A stretch of 64,000 nt of DNA, from positions 6,119 to 70,118 of IMG/VR virus record IMGVR_UViG_3300010391_000021. One strand, given 5' to 3'. Positions 18,177 to 26,755 of this stretch are shown piece by piece. Position 1 is the first letter of the stretch; the number at the start of each line of letters is the position of its first letter. The position numbers were made by a program, and so were the translations under genes. The stretch comes from a virus. The notes under the pieces were generated by a model. The model had not been told where the DNA came from. It saw nothing but the letters and a program-made list of their open reading frames with translations, and made no database searches.

Positions 18177-20739
18177 ATGGCTTTTTCACCGGCTAAATGG
18201 TAAGCTGGCCGGATTAAATCTTGCCAAATCGGTGAACATCTGGTATAATTAATACTAGACAATACCGAGGAAACCTTATGAACAATACAAACAAATGGTC
18301 GTATCTGGCCGGAGTATTCGATGGAGAGGGGTCTGTAGGAATTGCGATTCATAAACTCAATTCTTCAACCCATCTTGTTATTTCTCTTTCAAGCACCAAT
18401 ATCGAACTGATGGAATGGTGCATAAAACATTTTGGGGGTGTCTACTATACGCAAAGTCGGGGAACTCACCGAATTGAATATAAATGGATGCCAAAAGGAA
18501 AGAAAAACCGAGAAGTTTTTTTTCTCGGAATTCTTCCATATCTCATCATTAAGAGAAAACAAGTTTTATTGGCCTTGGAATATGATAGGCTAGGTTCTCA
18601 CAATCCCGAAGCACGAACAAAAATGCGAGAACAGATGCTCTCTTTCAACAAGGGTTCTGTAGAGACTAATACGCAAGACGCGGCTCCCGCCGTGATGATC
18701 GAGTCCGAACTCATTGGGGACAATGAGAGTGCACCGGATGTGAATCCGGGTTTTGATTGGGCCGCTTTGCAGCGACTCAGACAAATTTAGCCTAAACACC
18801 GTTAGGCAATAACCAGTCAAATCTGCCTCAGTCTACTGTGCGCTATTATGACAAAAAGTTCCGCGAGAACTTGAAGGCACAGACCCCCTTCGTCGCTTGC
18901 TCCGAACGTTTGGACCTACCGATGAAGAGTGGCAACCAGTATAACATGTATTTGTACGTTCCTCTGGCCGCGAATACTTCGCAGACCACGGAAGGTACTG
19001 TAGGTAGTTCCGTTTCGGTTAGCGTTCTGAATACTTCGGCCACGATTGGCGAATACGCAGACTACGCCAACTTCTCTTCGCTGTCCCTCGCAACTGCGAT
19101 TGACAACACCGTAGAGAACGTTGCCCGCGAAATGGCGTATCGTCTGGGTGAATCTCTGTCCGCTCTCGTCCGCGCAACTGCTGACGGCGCGAATACGGTT
19201 GACTCAAGCGTTCGCACTTTGCTATCCGCGACAAGCACCACGAGTTTCACAACTCTGTCGCTGACCTACATCCGTAACGCCGTCCAGAGTTTGGCCGGTC
19301 GTTCGGTTCGCCCGTTCGATGAGGCTTCCAAAGCGTATGCTGGCGTTATCCATTTCTAAAAGGGTGGATATAAAACTTGACTAAATCGGTGGACATCTAT
19401 ATAATATAGACAATACCGAGGTAAGGTCCAATGTTTCAAATAGACAAGACAAAATGCTCGTATCTGGGCGGCTTGGTTGATGGTGAGGGCAATATTTGCA
19501 TCTGGCGTACCGAATCCCGTGCGCATGATTATAAAGTCTCTGGAAAGACCTATGGGTCCTTCAATTTGAGGCTGCATATTGCAAACACCAGCTTAACACT
19601 CATGAAATGGTTAGTCTCGAATTTTGGCGGTGTTTATCACTGCAAAAGAGAAGCCACAGATAAGCATGCAACTGCTTATGAATGGCGTCCAAAAGGCGAG
19701 GGAAACACAAAACGTACTCTTCTGGCGATTTTGCCTTATCTCGTGATTAAACGAGAGCAAGCAATTCTGGCACTCAAATATATTGATCTGCCACAACAAG
19801 CGCCCAAAGAACGTGAACTAATCTACCAACGCATGAGACAGCTAAACCAAAAAGGACCCAAAACCGTAACGACTAATACGTCAAGCCCTGATGAAAGTCA
19901 GGTGAAGATAGAGTCTGATCTCATAGGCGACTATGAGTGTGACCCTGCGGTGACGCAGGACTCCTAAACAAAAATACCTTTCGCCCTTGGCGATGTGCTG
20001 GCAGACAACAGCAACGACAGCCCTATCGACATTTTGAAGCGCACCCCGCAAGGTTATGCTCGTTTGGATGAAATTATCTCAACCGACCTAACCGAAGTCA
20101 TCAACTTCCCGACTTCCGGCGTAAGTTTCTTCCAGTCGAACCTCGTAACCACGACTGCCAATTATAATGACGGAACGCACGGCGCTGTTACTGGCCTGAC
20201 CGCGCTTCGGACTTATATCTTCGGCAGAGATGGCATCTACAGCATCAACCTTGGTGCTCAGGGTGACACGGGCTTTGGCGACGGCGAATGGCGCAATATT
20301 CGCTGCAATATCGTTCAGAACGCTGAACCGAGCGTCGCTGATCCTAGCGGGCTGATCCCAGGTTGGACTTCGTATCGTGTACATTTTACGACCTCGCTTG
20401 GGCCAGACACCACAATTCGTATGAGACAGCTAGATGCCGCCAGCGCAATAAGTTAATTGTTTTCAGCCAATTACAACTGAATACATTTTACTATTACGCA
20501 CGGAAACCTAATGCGAATTTAAAACTTGACCTGATTGACTTGAAACCTGAAATGGCAACAAGGCGGAACCCGAAAGGGACCGTGAGAGACTAAGCGGTCG
20601 AGCGCCGAAAGGTGATGCGATAGTCCGAACATACGGGAACAAAACCGTATGAGGTTGGCAGAAATGACCAATCTCAACAGCGTAAGTTGTTGATAACAGG
20701 GCGATTAGGGAAATCGACGCAGCCAGCGCAATTTCGTAA
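18177..20739 (+). CDS. Major capsid protein (N4-gp56-like), spliced: join(18177..18194,18805..19353,19977..20420,20704..20739), 348 aa
   Basis: The exons join in frame: MAFSPA|GNNQSNLPQ...YAGVIH|PFALGDVL...DTTIR|IREIDAASAIS; IGEYADY and IHP motifs; follows the scaffold. Confidence 0.85.
18221..18249 (+). promoter_or_regulatory. sigma70-type promoter inside the intron 1 core
   Basis: TTGCCA-17nt-TATAAT, then GAGG and the ATG at 18278. Confidence 0.75.
18278..18790 (+). CDS. Single-motif LAGLIDADG homing endonuclease (intron 1)
   Basis: WSYLAGVFDGEGSV, FGG and ILPYLIIKRKQ motifs. Confidence 0.92.
   Translation: MNNTNKWSYLAGVFDGEGSVGIAIHKLNSSTHLVISLSSTNIELMEWCIKHFGGVYYTQSRGTHRIEYKWMPKGKKNREVFFLGILPYLIIKRKQVLLALEYDRLGSHNPEARTKMREQMLSFNKGSVETNTQDAAPAVMIESELIGDNESAPDVNPGFDWAALQRLRQI
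19377..19405 (+). promoter_or_regulatory. sigma70-type promoter inside the intron 2 core
   Basis: TTGACT-17nt-TATAAT, then GAGG/AAGG and the ATG at 19431. Confidence 0.78.
19431..19967 (+). CDS. Single-motif LAGLIDADG homing endonuclease (intron 2)
   Basis: SYLGGLVDGEGNI, NFGG and ILPYLVIKREQA motifs. Confidence 0.92.
   Translation: MFQIDKTKCSYLGGLVDGEGNICIWRTESRAHDYKVSGKTYGSFNLRLHIANTSLTLMKWLVSNFGGVYHCKREATDKHATAYEWRPKGEGNTKRTLLAILPYLVIKREQAILALKYIDLPQQAPKERELIYQRMRQLNQKGPKTVTTNTSSPDESQVKIESDLIGDYECDPAVTQDS
20421..20703 (+). mobile_element. Group I intron 3 in the MCP (283 nt, no endonuclease), with a copy of the last exon in its P1 loop
   Basis: P1 aattcgU/Gcgaatt (20513-20519); P10 cctaat/attagg; P3 cttgacc/ggtcgag; P7 GACTA/TAGTC; P9 catacgg/ccgtatg; terminal G20703. 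Confidence 0.88.
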
Positions 20740-20747
20740 GATTTTGC

Positions 20748-20776
20748 TTGACACTGCGTTAGTTCTTTGATACACT
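20748..20776 (+). promoter_or_regulatory. sigma70-type promoter
   Basis: TTGACA-17nt-TACACT. Confidence 0.7.
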
Positions 20777-20856
20777 ATTGTTGATGCATCAAATTGGAAA
20801 AGAGGCGGGTGCCTTCATCATCCGCCTCCGATCCGATTCCCTATGAAGGAGGGAAC

Positions 20857-20973
20857 ATGATAGGTGAAAAATATTTTAGATATGAAGTTTTGATGTTTGC
20901 TTGGAAAGAAAAACAACAAAGATATTATTTATGTGTTTGTGAATGCGGCGCGTTGCGATGCGCGGCGGTTTGA
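20857..20973 (+). pseudogene. 38-codon N-terminal remnant of an HNH/AP2-type endonuclease
   Basis: MIGEKYFRYEVL...YYLCVCECG resembles the G..FGRL.V...C.CDCG start of these genes; strong GGAGG RBS. Confidence 0.55.
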
Positions 20974-21230
20974 TATACTAATAATTGTATAAATTGCGAG
21001 GCAAAATGGTAAACGATACTACAACTGGCGAGAACATCTCAATCAACCCGAACTACGTTCCACAACAGCAGCATGTTTGTCCCAACTGCGGATTCTGCCC
21101 ATGTTGCGGACGAAGGGCTGTTCAGCCCTATCCAGTATTTCAACCGCCGGGTTACTTCCTTTTCCTCCGGAACTCAAAACATTAATTAATTGCGCGGCAG
21201 GACGACACTAACCTTATCTAAGGAAACAAC

Positions 21231-21611
21231 ATGGCAATCACCCAGATTCTCGTTGCTTCGCCCGCAAATGAAAACATCTTCACCGATACCGCAATGGGCG
21301 CGACAATTGACGCCGTAAAAGCGTCTTCCGCTACCGTGTATTATGTTCAGGTGGATAATTCTGCAAATGGCGCGGCAAGTTATGTAAAACTGTATAATGT
21401 CGCCAGCGGCAGCGTTGTGGTTGGAACCACGGTTCCCGATCAAGTCATCTTTGTTCCAGGAAATGCCAGAGTGACCGAGGTTTATACTACGGTTGCGGCC
21501 CCCGGCAAAGCGTTTGGAACCGCCCTCAGCGCGGCTTGCACGACCGCTGGAGGCACGGCGGGAAACACAGGTCCGAGTTCTTCAGTTGTTGTTACGATTG
21601 TGTACGCATAA
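21231..21611 (+). CDS. Putative virion (capsid decoration-type) protein
   Basis: AAGGA RBS; T/A/V-rich beta protein downstream of the MCP. Confidence 0.6.
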   Translation: MAITQILVASPANENIFTDTAMGATIDAVKASSATVYYVQVDNSANGAASYVKLYNVASGSVVVGTTVPDQVIFVPGNARVTEVYTTVAAPGKAFGTALSAACTTAGGTAGNTGPSSSVVVTIVYA

Positions 21612-21868
21612 GAGGCGAAATTGCGCGGCAGGCCACAAGGAAGCAAGAACAAATCGAAGTGTTCAGTTCCGGACAATGTTCACGTATCGTGTACAAACTC
21701 CCCGCTTGAACAACATGTCGGCAAGGTAGTCGGCTACTATTTAGAAGGAGAGCGGGCCGGGTATTTGCTATCCTACACGGATACAAAAGCCAAGGTCAAG
21801 CCTATTGCCGCGTATAAAGGCGTCTCCCCGCATTCTGTAACCGTCCCGATTGGGCACTTGACGATACT

Positions 21869-22075
21869 ATGACTCCTCTGGACAAATTCTTCTTTGGATT
21901 CAAGATTGTTACACTGTACTTAGGCGGGGCGCTCGGAATTGTCATTACGGCGTTGTCCATCTTAGCCTTTGGAACTCCGCTCGGATTCATCATGCTATTG
22001 CTCGGAATCGGATGTATGTGGTTTTCGTCCAATCTCAGTAAGACTCTAGCCGAAGAAATCAAAAAACAAGTTTAG
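21869..22075 (+). CDS. Small membrane protein
   Basis: Two hydrophobic segments. Confidence 0.55.
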   Translation: MTPLDKFFFGFKIVTLYLGGALGIVITALSILAFGTPLGFIMLLLGIGCMWFSSNLSKTLAEEIKKQV

Positions 22076-22573
22076 TGTCCCTAAAGAACACGCGGTCGGA
22101 TTACCAACTGTTCAGACGGACAACATGCGGGTGGTAGTTGATGGCCAGAACACCTTCCGCGTCGGCTCTGTAGCGACCGATCACCGTCTATAGATGTCCG
22201 ATTTCTTTTCGGGAGGCAACATGTGGTATCAGACTTGTCCGTGTTGCCTTCGTTTTCTCTGTAAAAAATCTCTAAAAGAATCTATTCGTTGTTTGTGCGG
22301 GTTTTTATGGCCGTAACTATTCAAGATTTTATAAAATCATTGCGGCGCAATCCCGATCCTCTAACAACCTTCGTCCCCGAAGACAATCCCCAAATTACTC
22401 TTGATTTTTGTATTTGGCTGCATCGCAACTTCAATGAACTGGTGAAAGAAAATGAGACGATTAAATTGGACAGCGGTTTTTGAGCGCATTATTGCTGGTG
22501 TTATTAGCGGCGTGGTAAGTGGAATTATCGTAGGTGCGATTGTATTTTTCTCGCGGTTCCATTGGGGGGTAAA

Positions 22574-23161
22574 ATGACTAAACCCCGTTGGGAGTCTTAT
22601 GCTGATGAAATTATAGGCAAAGACACGCCCGAGATGGAAGCCGCAATCGCTGAATATGCGAAAAATAGATACGAGGGAAAAAGTTCTTCGCAAAACGAAG
22701 AAGAACTTGCCCGATGGAAAGAAGGAAATTCTGAAATAGCTAAAGAATACCAATGGGTAAAGCCGGAAGAATACGCTGACGAAGCGGCGCGGGTTGGTCG
22801 CGTAATGAGTCACGAAGAGTTTATTAGAATTTTGAGAAATAAACTCCACCTTACGTGCTTTTATCGAGAGATGAATCATCCCCAAAAGATTGCATTATGG
22901 GCAACGAAAAGAGAAGGATTGGTCCCAGAAAGCGTTGGTTGGGTAAAGCGCGGACTCACCACCGAACTTTCTATCATGCGTTTTGACGATCACGGGGTTC
23001 CTGTGGATGAGAAGTTTAGAGGATGGCGCAGCGTTTTGATGAATTTAGTTATGAAAGGTTTTCTAAAAGAACATGATGTTCGTAAAGTATTCGGACGAGC
23101 TAAAGGGTCTTGTAGTGAAAAATACAATTCTTTTATGCAGCAATTTAGGACGGTAGTATGA
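22574..23161 (+). CDS. Hypothetical protein
   Basis: GGGGG RBS before the ATG; 195 aa. Confidence 0.6.
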   Translation: MTKPRWESYADEIIGKDTPEMEAAIAEYAKNRYEGKSSSQNEEELARWKEGNSEIAKEYQWVKPEEYADEAARVGRVMSHEEFIRILRNKLHLTCFYREMNHPQKIALWATKREGLVPESVGWVKRGLTTELSIMRFDDHGVPVDEKFRGWRSVLMNLVMKGFLKEHDVRKVFGRAKGSCSEKYNSFMQQFRTVV

Positions 23162-23616
23162 GACCCGGACGGCCTATAAAAGATGGATATAAAATTTGTT
23201 ACAAGTGTAATCAAAATCTTCCTGTATCAGAATACTATAAAGCCTCAAGACGAAAAGAAGGTTTAGAGGATTGGTGTAAAAAGTGCACCAAAGATCGCTC
23301 AAAAAGTTACTATAAAAAAAACAAAAGATGTCTAAAGAACTCTCAGCGTTTGCGTATATACGGAATCACAGAATCAGAATATAAGAAGATTTTTGTATTA
23401 CAAGGAGAATGTTGTGCCATTTGCTGGACAACGAACCCTAATAGTAAAGACTGGCACATAGATCACGATCATATAACCAATAAAGTTAGAGGTATTCTTT
23501 GCAGCGATTGTAACCGTCTATTGGGCGGAGCACGAGACAATCCAAACATTCTTAAACTCGGTATCAAATATTTAATGAAACCAGGAATCGTTGACATAGA
23601 GAGAGTTGTTGCATAA
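23158..23616 (+). CDS. Endonuclease VII-like HNH endonuclease
   Basis: CAIC...IDHDHITNKVRGILCSDCN. Confidence 0.9.
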   Translation: MRPGRPIKDGYKICYKCNQNLPVSEYYKASRRKEGLEDWCKKCTKDRSKSYYKKNKRCLKNSQRLRIYGITESEYKKIFVLQGECCAICWTTNPNSKDWHIDHDHITNKVRGILCSDCNRLLGGARDNPNILKLGIKYLMKPGIVDIERVVA

Positions 23617-23936
23617 TGACTTTACTATACTTAGTCGCGCTAATGCTGGATGGAATTGCGGGGTTTTTTGACGCGCATATTACCGACATCGGCATTCGCA
23701 AAGGTGTCGCCGTAGAAGGCAACGAATTTATGACGAAGTTGTTCAGAACTGTACGACCCAAGTTCTGGCAAATCTCAGTTTATAACTTTGGCCAGACGGC
23801 CTTACTTTCGGTTCCGGGAGTATTCGGTATTGTTTATAACAACAACCCCTTGATTTTCCTCAGCGCCGTCATGTTGTCTACAGACGCCGCAGGACACGTA
23901 AAAGCATTCTTTGCGTGGAGAAAGTTGGGAGTCTAA
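23616..23936 (+). CDS. Membrane protein
   Basis: Hydrophobic helices with a D..T...G..EGN motif. Confidence 0.55.
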   Translation: MTLLYLVALMLDGIAGFFDAHITDIGIRKGVAVEGNEFMTKLFRTVRPKFWQISVYNFGQTALLSVPGVFGIVYNNNPLIFLSAVMLSTDAAGHVKAFFAWRKLGV

Positions 23937-24506
23937 TTGATCGTTTATAAGATAACGAATCTATTTTATGGGACTTCATATATCGGAAAAACTGTTCACT
24001 CTTTAGAAAGAAGATGGATTCAACACCTAAGCGACGCTATTGCCGGAAGTGAATTTTACCTACATCGGGCAATAAGAAAATATGGGCCGGATTCCTTCTC
24101 TAAGGAAATTATTTGCGAATGTGATAGTCAAGAACAGATGTCTGAAATTGAAAAATTTTGTATTATAGCCTTTGATACGAAAGCTCCTAGTGGCTACAAC
24201 ATGACAGATGGAGGAGATGGTCAATCTGGTCGGAGACATTCTCAAAAATCAAGAGATAAAATAGGCGAGGCTCAACGCGGAAGAAAACTACCAGAAGAGT
24301 GGAGAAATAAAATTAGTAAAGCATTAACTGGAATTGTTCGATCTTCCAAATTTTGTAAAGATTTAAGTAATCGATGGAAAGGTAAAACTAAGACGGAAGA
24401 ACAAAGAAAAAAGATAAGCGAAACTTTAAAAGGACGAAAGCTGACAGAAGAACACAGAAAAAACATTGCAGCCGCCCAATTAGGAAAAAAGAGACCAAGA
24501 AAATGA
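23937..24506 (+). CDS. GIY-YIG homing endonuclease with NUMOD3 repeats
   Basis: IVYKITN...YIGKT, GYNMTDGG and H/TEE.R.KIS repeats. Confidence 0.9.
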   Translation: MIVYKITNLFYGTSYIGKTVHSLERRWIQHLSDAIAGSEFYLHRAIRKYGPDSFSKEIICECDSQEQMSEIEKFCIIAFDTKAPSGYNMTDGGDGQSGRRHSQKSRDKIGEAQRGRKLPEEWRNKISKALTGIVRSSKFCKDLSNRWKGKTKTEEQRKKISETLKGRKLTEEHRKNIAAAQLGKKRPRK

Positions 24507-24766
24507 CATATCAAACTCAGGATAGTAGATTGGCTGCGTTTTTTCTTATTAATGGAATTCCCTTCGAGGGAACTGAAACACGCTGCCAAGAGGAAGACGA
24601 CAGAGTTCTCTTGAGATTTCGGATTGACGATGAAGAAAAATTCGCGCAATTAAAAAGAGACTTTTTTGAAGATGGATTAGTTCCCGCATTAGCTTTTGCA
24701 AATTCCATGAAATCAGTTATGCATTTAATTCGCGAGGCAAGGGAACTTGCCCGTGACGCCCGATAA
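24503..24766 (+). CDS. Hypothetical protein
   Basis: Coupled ORF beginning YQTQDSRLAAF. Confidence 0.6.
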   Translation: MTYQTQDSRLAAFFLINGIPFEGTETRCQEEDDRVLLRFRIDDEEKFAQLKRDFFEDGLVPALAFANSMKSVMHLIREARELARDAR

Positions 24767-24799
24767 CGAACCTTACCTATACCATAATTGGAGAACACC

Positions 24800-25402
24800 A
24801 TGTCAGACGACTTCAAAGTAGCAAAAAAGAAAACCTCGCAAGAATTGATTAACGCGAATCTTGACGATCTCACCAATGAAGAATTAGATCGTAGAACGGC
24901 AGTTATCCGCGCAAGCAAGGAAGAAGCCGATCTTCAGGACATTAAAGAACGCTTGGCTGATCGCGATAATAAACGTACCATGAGAGGGGATGGGTTTCGT
25001 TCTCGCGGCAGAGAGCTTAATAAGACGCAGCGAGATCAGGAACTTCATCAATCGAAGTGCAGTCATCGTAAAGGCGGTCGTGGGCTGGAAGCCATTCAAA
25101 TTGGTGGAAATGCCGGGGATTACGCGGTGATCCGTCATTTGCTTCCGTGGAATGTTTGGTATCAACGTTGCCAGCGGTGCGGGAAGACTTGGAAACCGCC
25201 CAACGATCTAGATTATAAAATGGACACTCCAGAAGGCAAAGAAGCCTTCGAAGCGGCCAAAAAAGTTTATGCAGACGCTTTAGCTTGGCCGACCGACAAC
25301 ATACCAAGTACGGGGATCACATTTCAACATCATAGCGATGACGCAGACACGTCCGCTAGAAAGTTTGTACATGAAACCGTAAAGAATGTAAATCTTCGAT
25401 AA
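24800..25402 (+). CDS. Hypothetical protein with CxH/CxxC zinc motif
   Basis: GGAG RBS; CSHRKGG and CQRC. Confidence 0.6.
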   Translation: MSDDFKVAKKKTSQELINANLDDLTNEELDRRTAVIRASKEEADLQDIKERLADRDNKRTMRGDGFRSRGRELNKTQRDQELHQSKCSHRKGGRGLEAIQIGGNAGDYAVIRHLLPWNVWYQRCQRCGKTWKPPNDLDYKMDTPEGKEAFEAAKKVYADALAWPTDNIPSTGITFQHHSDDADTSARKFVHETVKNVNLR

Positions 25403-25650
25403 TGACCAATTATTTGAAATCAATAGCGAGTCTCGTCACAGCCGGGACAGTTTATTACTTGACCAAAGTGAGTTGGGATAAATCAAAAAACAGATTTGTA
25501 GTTCATGTAAAGAACAAACATCTAGGTCGTTTCGATAACGAAATAAAGGCTGCCCTATTTTATGATGTAGCTGCAAGAGCCTATTTTGGAGAGTTTGCTA
25601 AAACAAATTTCAATCTTTGTCCTTTGACTGTGGGAGTTTCCGATGCCTAA
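25402..25650 (+). CDS. Stand-alone AP2 DNA-binding domain (probable HNH-AP2 remnant)
   Basis: HLGRFDNEIKAALFYDVAARAYFGEFAKTNF. Confidence 0.8.
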   Translation: MTNYLKSIASLVTAGTVYYLTKVSWDKSKNRFVVHVKNKHLGRFDNEIKAALFYDVAARAYFGEFAKTNFNLCPLTVGVSDA

Positions 25651-26083
25651 TACGCAGCTTTTCCCTCAGTCAACTTTCCCAATTGCGGGAGACGTTACTT
25701 CAACCCCCGGAAACCCTTTTGTCGTTACCACGGGTATACAGAATACGGGCGTAGTCGCGACAAAACCCACAGACGGGCAAGTTTATGTTTATGTTGCTGA
25801 AGTAGACAAATGGGTTCCTGCCGATCCAGTGGTTTCGGGGCCAAACACCGTAGGAACCGCTTCTACCGCCCCGCCCGTTCAAGTTGGCGGGATTGACGAA
25901 GGCAATTTAGTTCGCGAATTGCGAATAGATACTTATGGCGGGATACGCGCCCCGCGTATTGAAGAAAAATTGGATATTCTTGTTTTAGAAATCCGAGCGT
26001 TAAAAGCAGCAGTTATCAATTTAGACAAAACGGCCAACGATCAAGATTTTGTGGCTGACCAATTTCAAAGTGAGGTAGTTTAA
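25643..26083 (+). CDS. Putative virion protein
   Basis: Fibre-like motif PTDGQVYVY....WVP. Confidence 0.55.
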   Translation: MPNTQLFPQSTFPIAGDVTSTPGNPFVVTTGIQNTGVVATKPTDGQVYVYVAEVDKWVPADPVVSGPNTVGTASTAPPVQVGGIDEGNLVRELRIDTYGGIRAPRIEEKLDILVLEIRALKAAVINLDKTANDQDFVADQFQSEVV

Positions 26084-26754
26084 TGTTTACCCAAGTACAA
26101 GTCGGCCCGCAAACCGTTAACGACGGTTCTACTCCCATCGCCCGTGGTGGTAAAGGCGGCGACGTTATCGTTTCCGAACTTCATGGTCGGTTTTATGAGC
26201 AGACTTATCGCGGAAACATTTATTCCATCGGTTGTGCGCTTACCGCGCTTTCCACTGCTACTTTCCTATTGACCTCTTCTGCACAACCCATTGTTGGCAT
26301 ATGGAACCCCCCGACTTCCACTGTAAATTTGGTTCCTTTGCAAGCGATGTTGGTGGACGAAATAAACAACGTCACGTCTGTGGCTCCTGGTGCGTTTGTG
26401 TGGGCGTCATCCGTTGGTAATACCGCCTTGACCGCTGGCTTGGCTCCATTTAATCGAAAAACGCTAGCATCCTCCGGTTCTCAGGCAAAAGCCTTTTCTC
26501 TTTCAACGGCCAGTCTCCTGACCGGATTGACAAACAACGTGGTAGTTTTTGAACCTGCGGAATTCAATACCGCATCTGGTCTGCTGACTACTACGGTTGC
26601 GGCAGCCACACCCACACCTTCTGTAAGTGGAGTTCAGAATTTCGACGGCAGCTTGATTGTTCCTCCGGGCGGCATCCTTGTTCTCTTAAATACCGTCTCT
26701 TCCGTCACACACAGCGTTGCTTCAAGAATCATGTGGGAAGAAGTCGCATTGTAA
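26083..26754 (+). CDS. Putative virion protein
   Basis: GAGG RBS; T/A/S-rich, ending IVPPGG...WEE. Confidence 0.6.
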   Translation: MFTQVQVGPQTVNDGSTPIARGGKGGDVIVSELHGRFYEQTYRGNIYSIGCALTALSTATFLLTSSAQPIVGIWNPPTSTVNLVPLQAMLVDEINNVTSVAPGAFVWASSVGNTALTAGLAPFNRKTLASSGSQAKAFSLSTASLLTGLTNNVVVFEPAEFNTASGLLTTTVAAATPTPSVSGVQNFDGSLIVPPGGILVLLNTVSSVTHSVASRIMWEEVAL

Positions 26755-26755
26755 T

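Larger units (their letters stand above)
18195..18804 (+). mobile_element. Group I intron 1 in the MCP, LAGLIDADG-encoding
   Basis: P1 ccggcU/Ggccgg wobble; P3 cttgc/gcaag; P4 tcggt/accga; P7 GACTA/GAGTC; P9 ctcattg/caatgag. Confidence 0.85.
19354..19976 (+). mobile_element. Group I intron 2 in the MCP, LAGLIDADG-encoding
   Basis: P1 tatccaU/Gtggata; P10 aaagg/ccttt; P3 cttgac/gtcaag; P7 GACTA/GAGTC; P8 cctga/tcagg; P9 ctcatag/ctatgag. Confidence 0.88.

Noticed and set aside
18838-20456. ORFs 18838..19359 and 19995..20456 as separate genes
   Set aside because: They lack RBSs and are exons 2 and 3 of the capsid gene
20421-20739. Duplicated capsid tail as a target-site duplication or attachment site
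   Set aside because: The copies differ at many synonymous positions and are framed by P1/P10 intron pairings; no integrase or transposase is nearby
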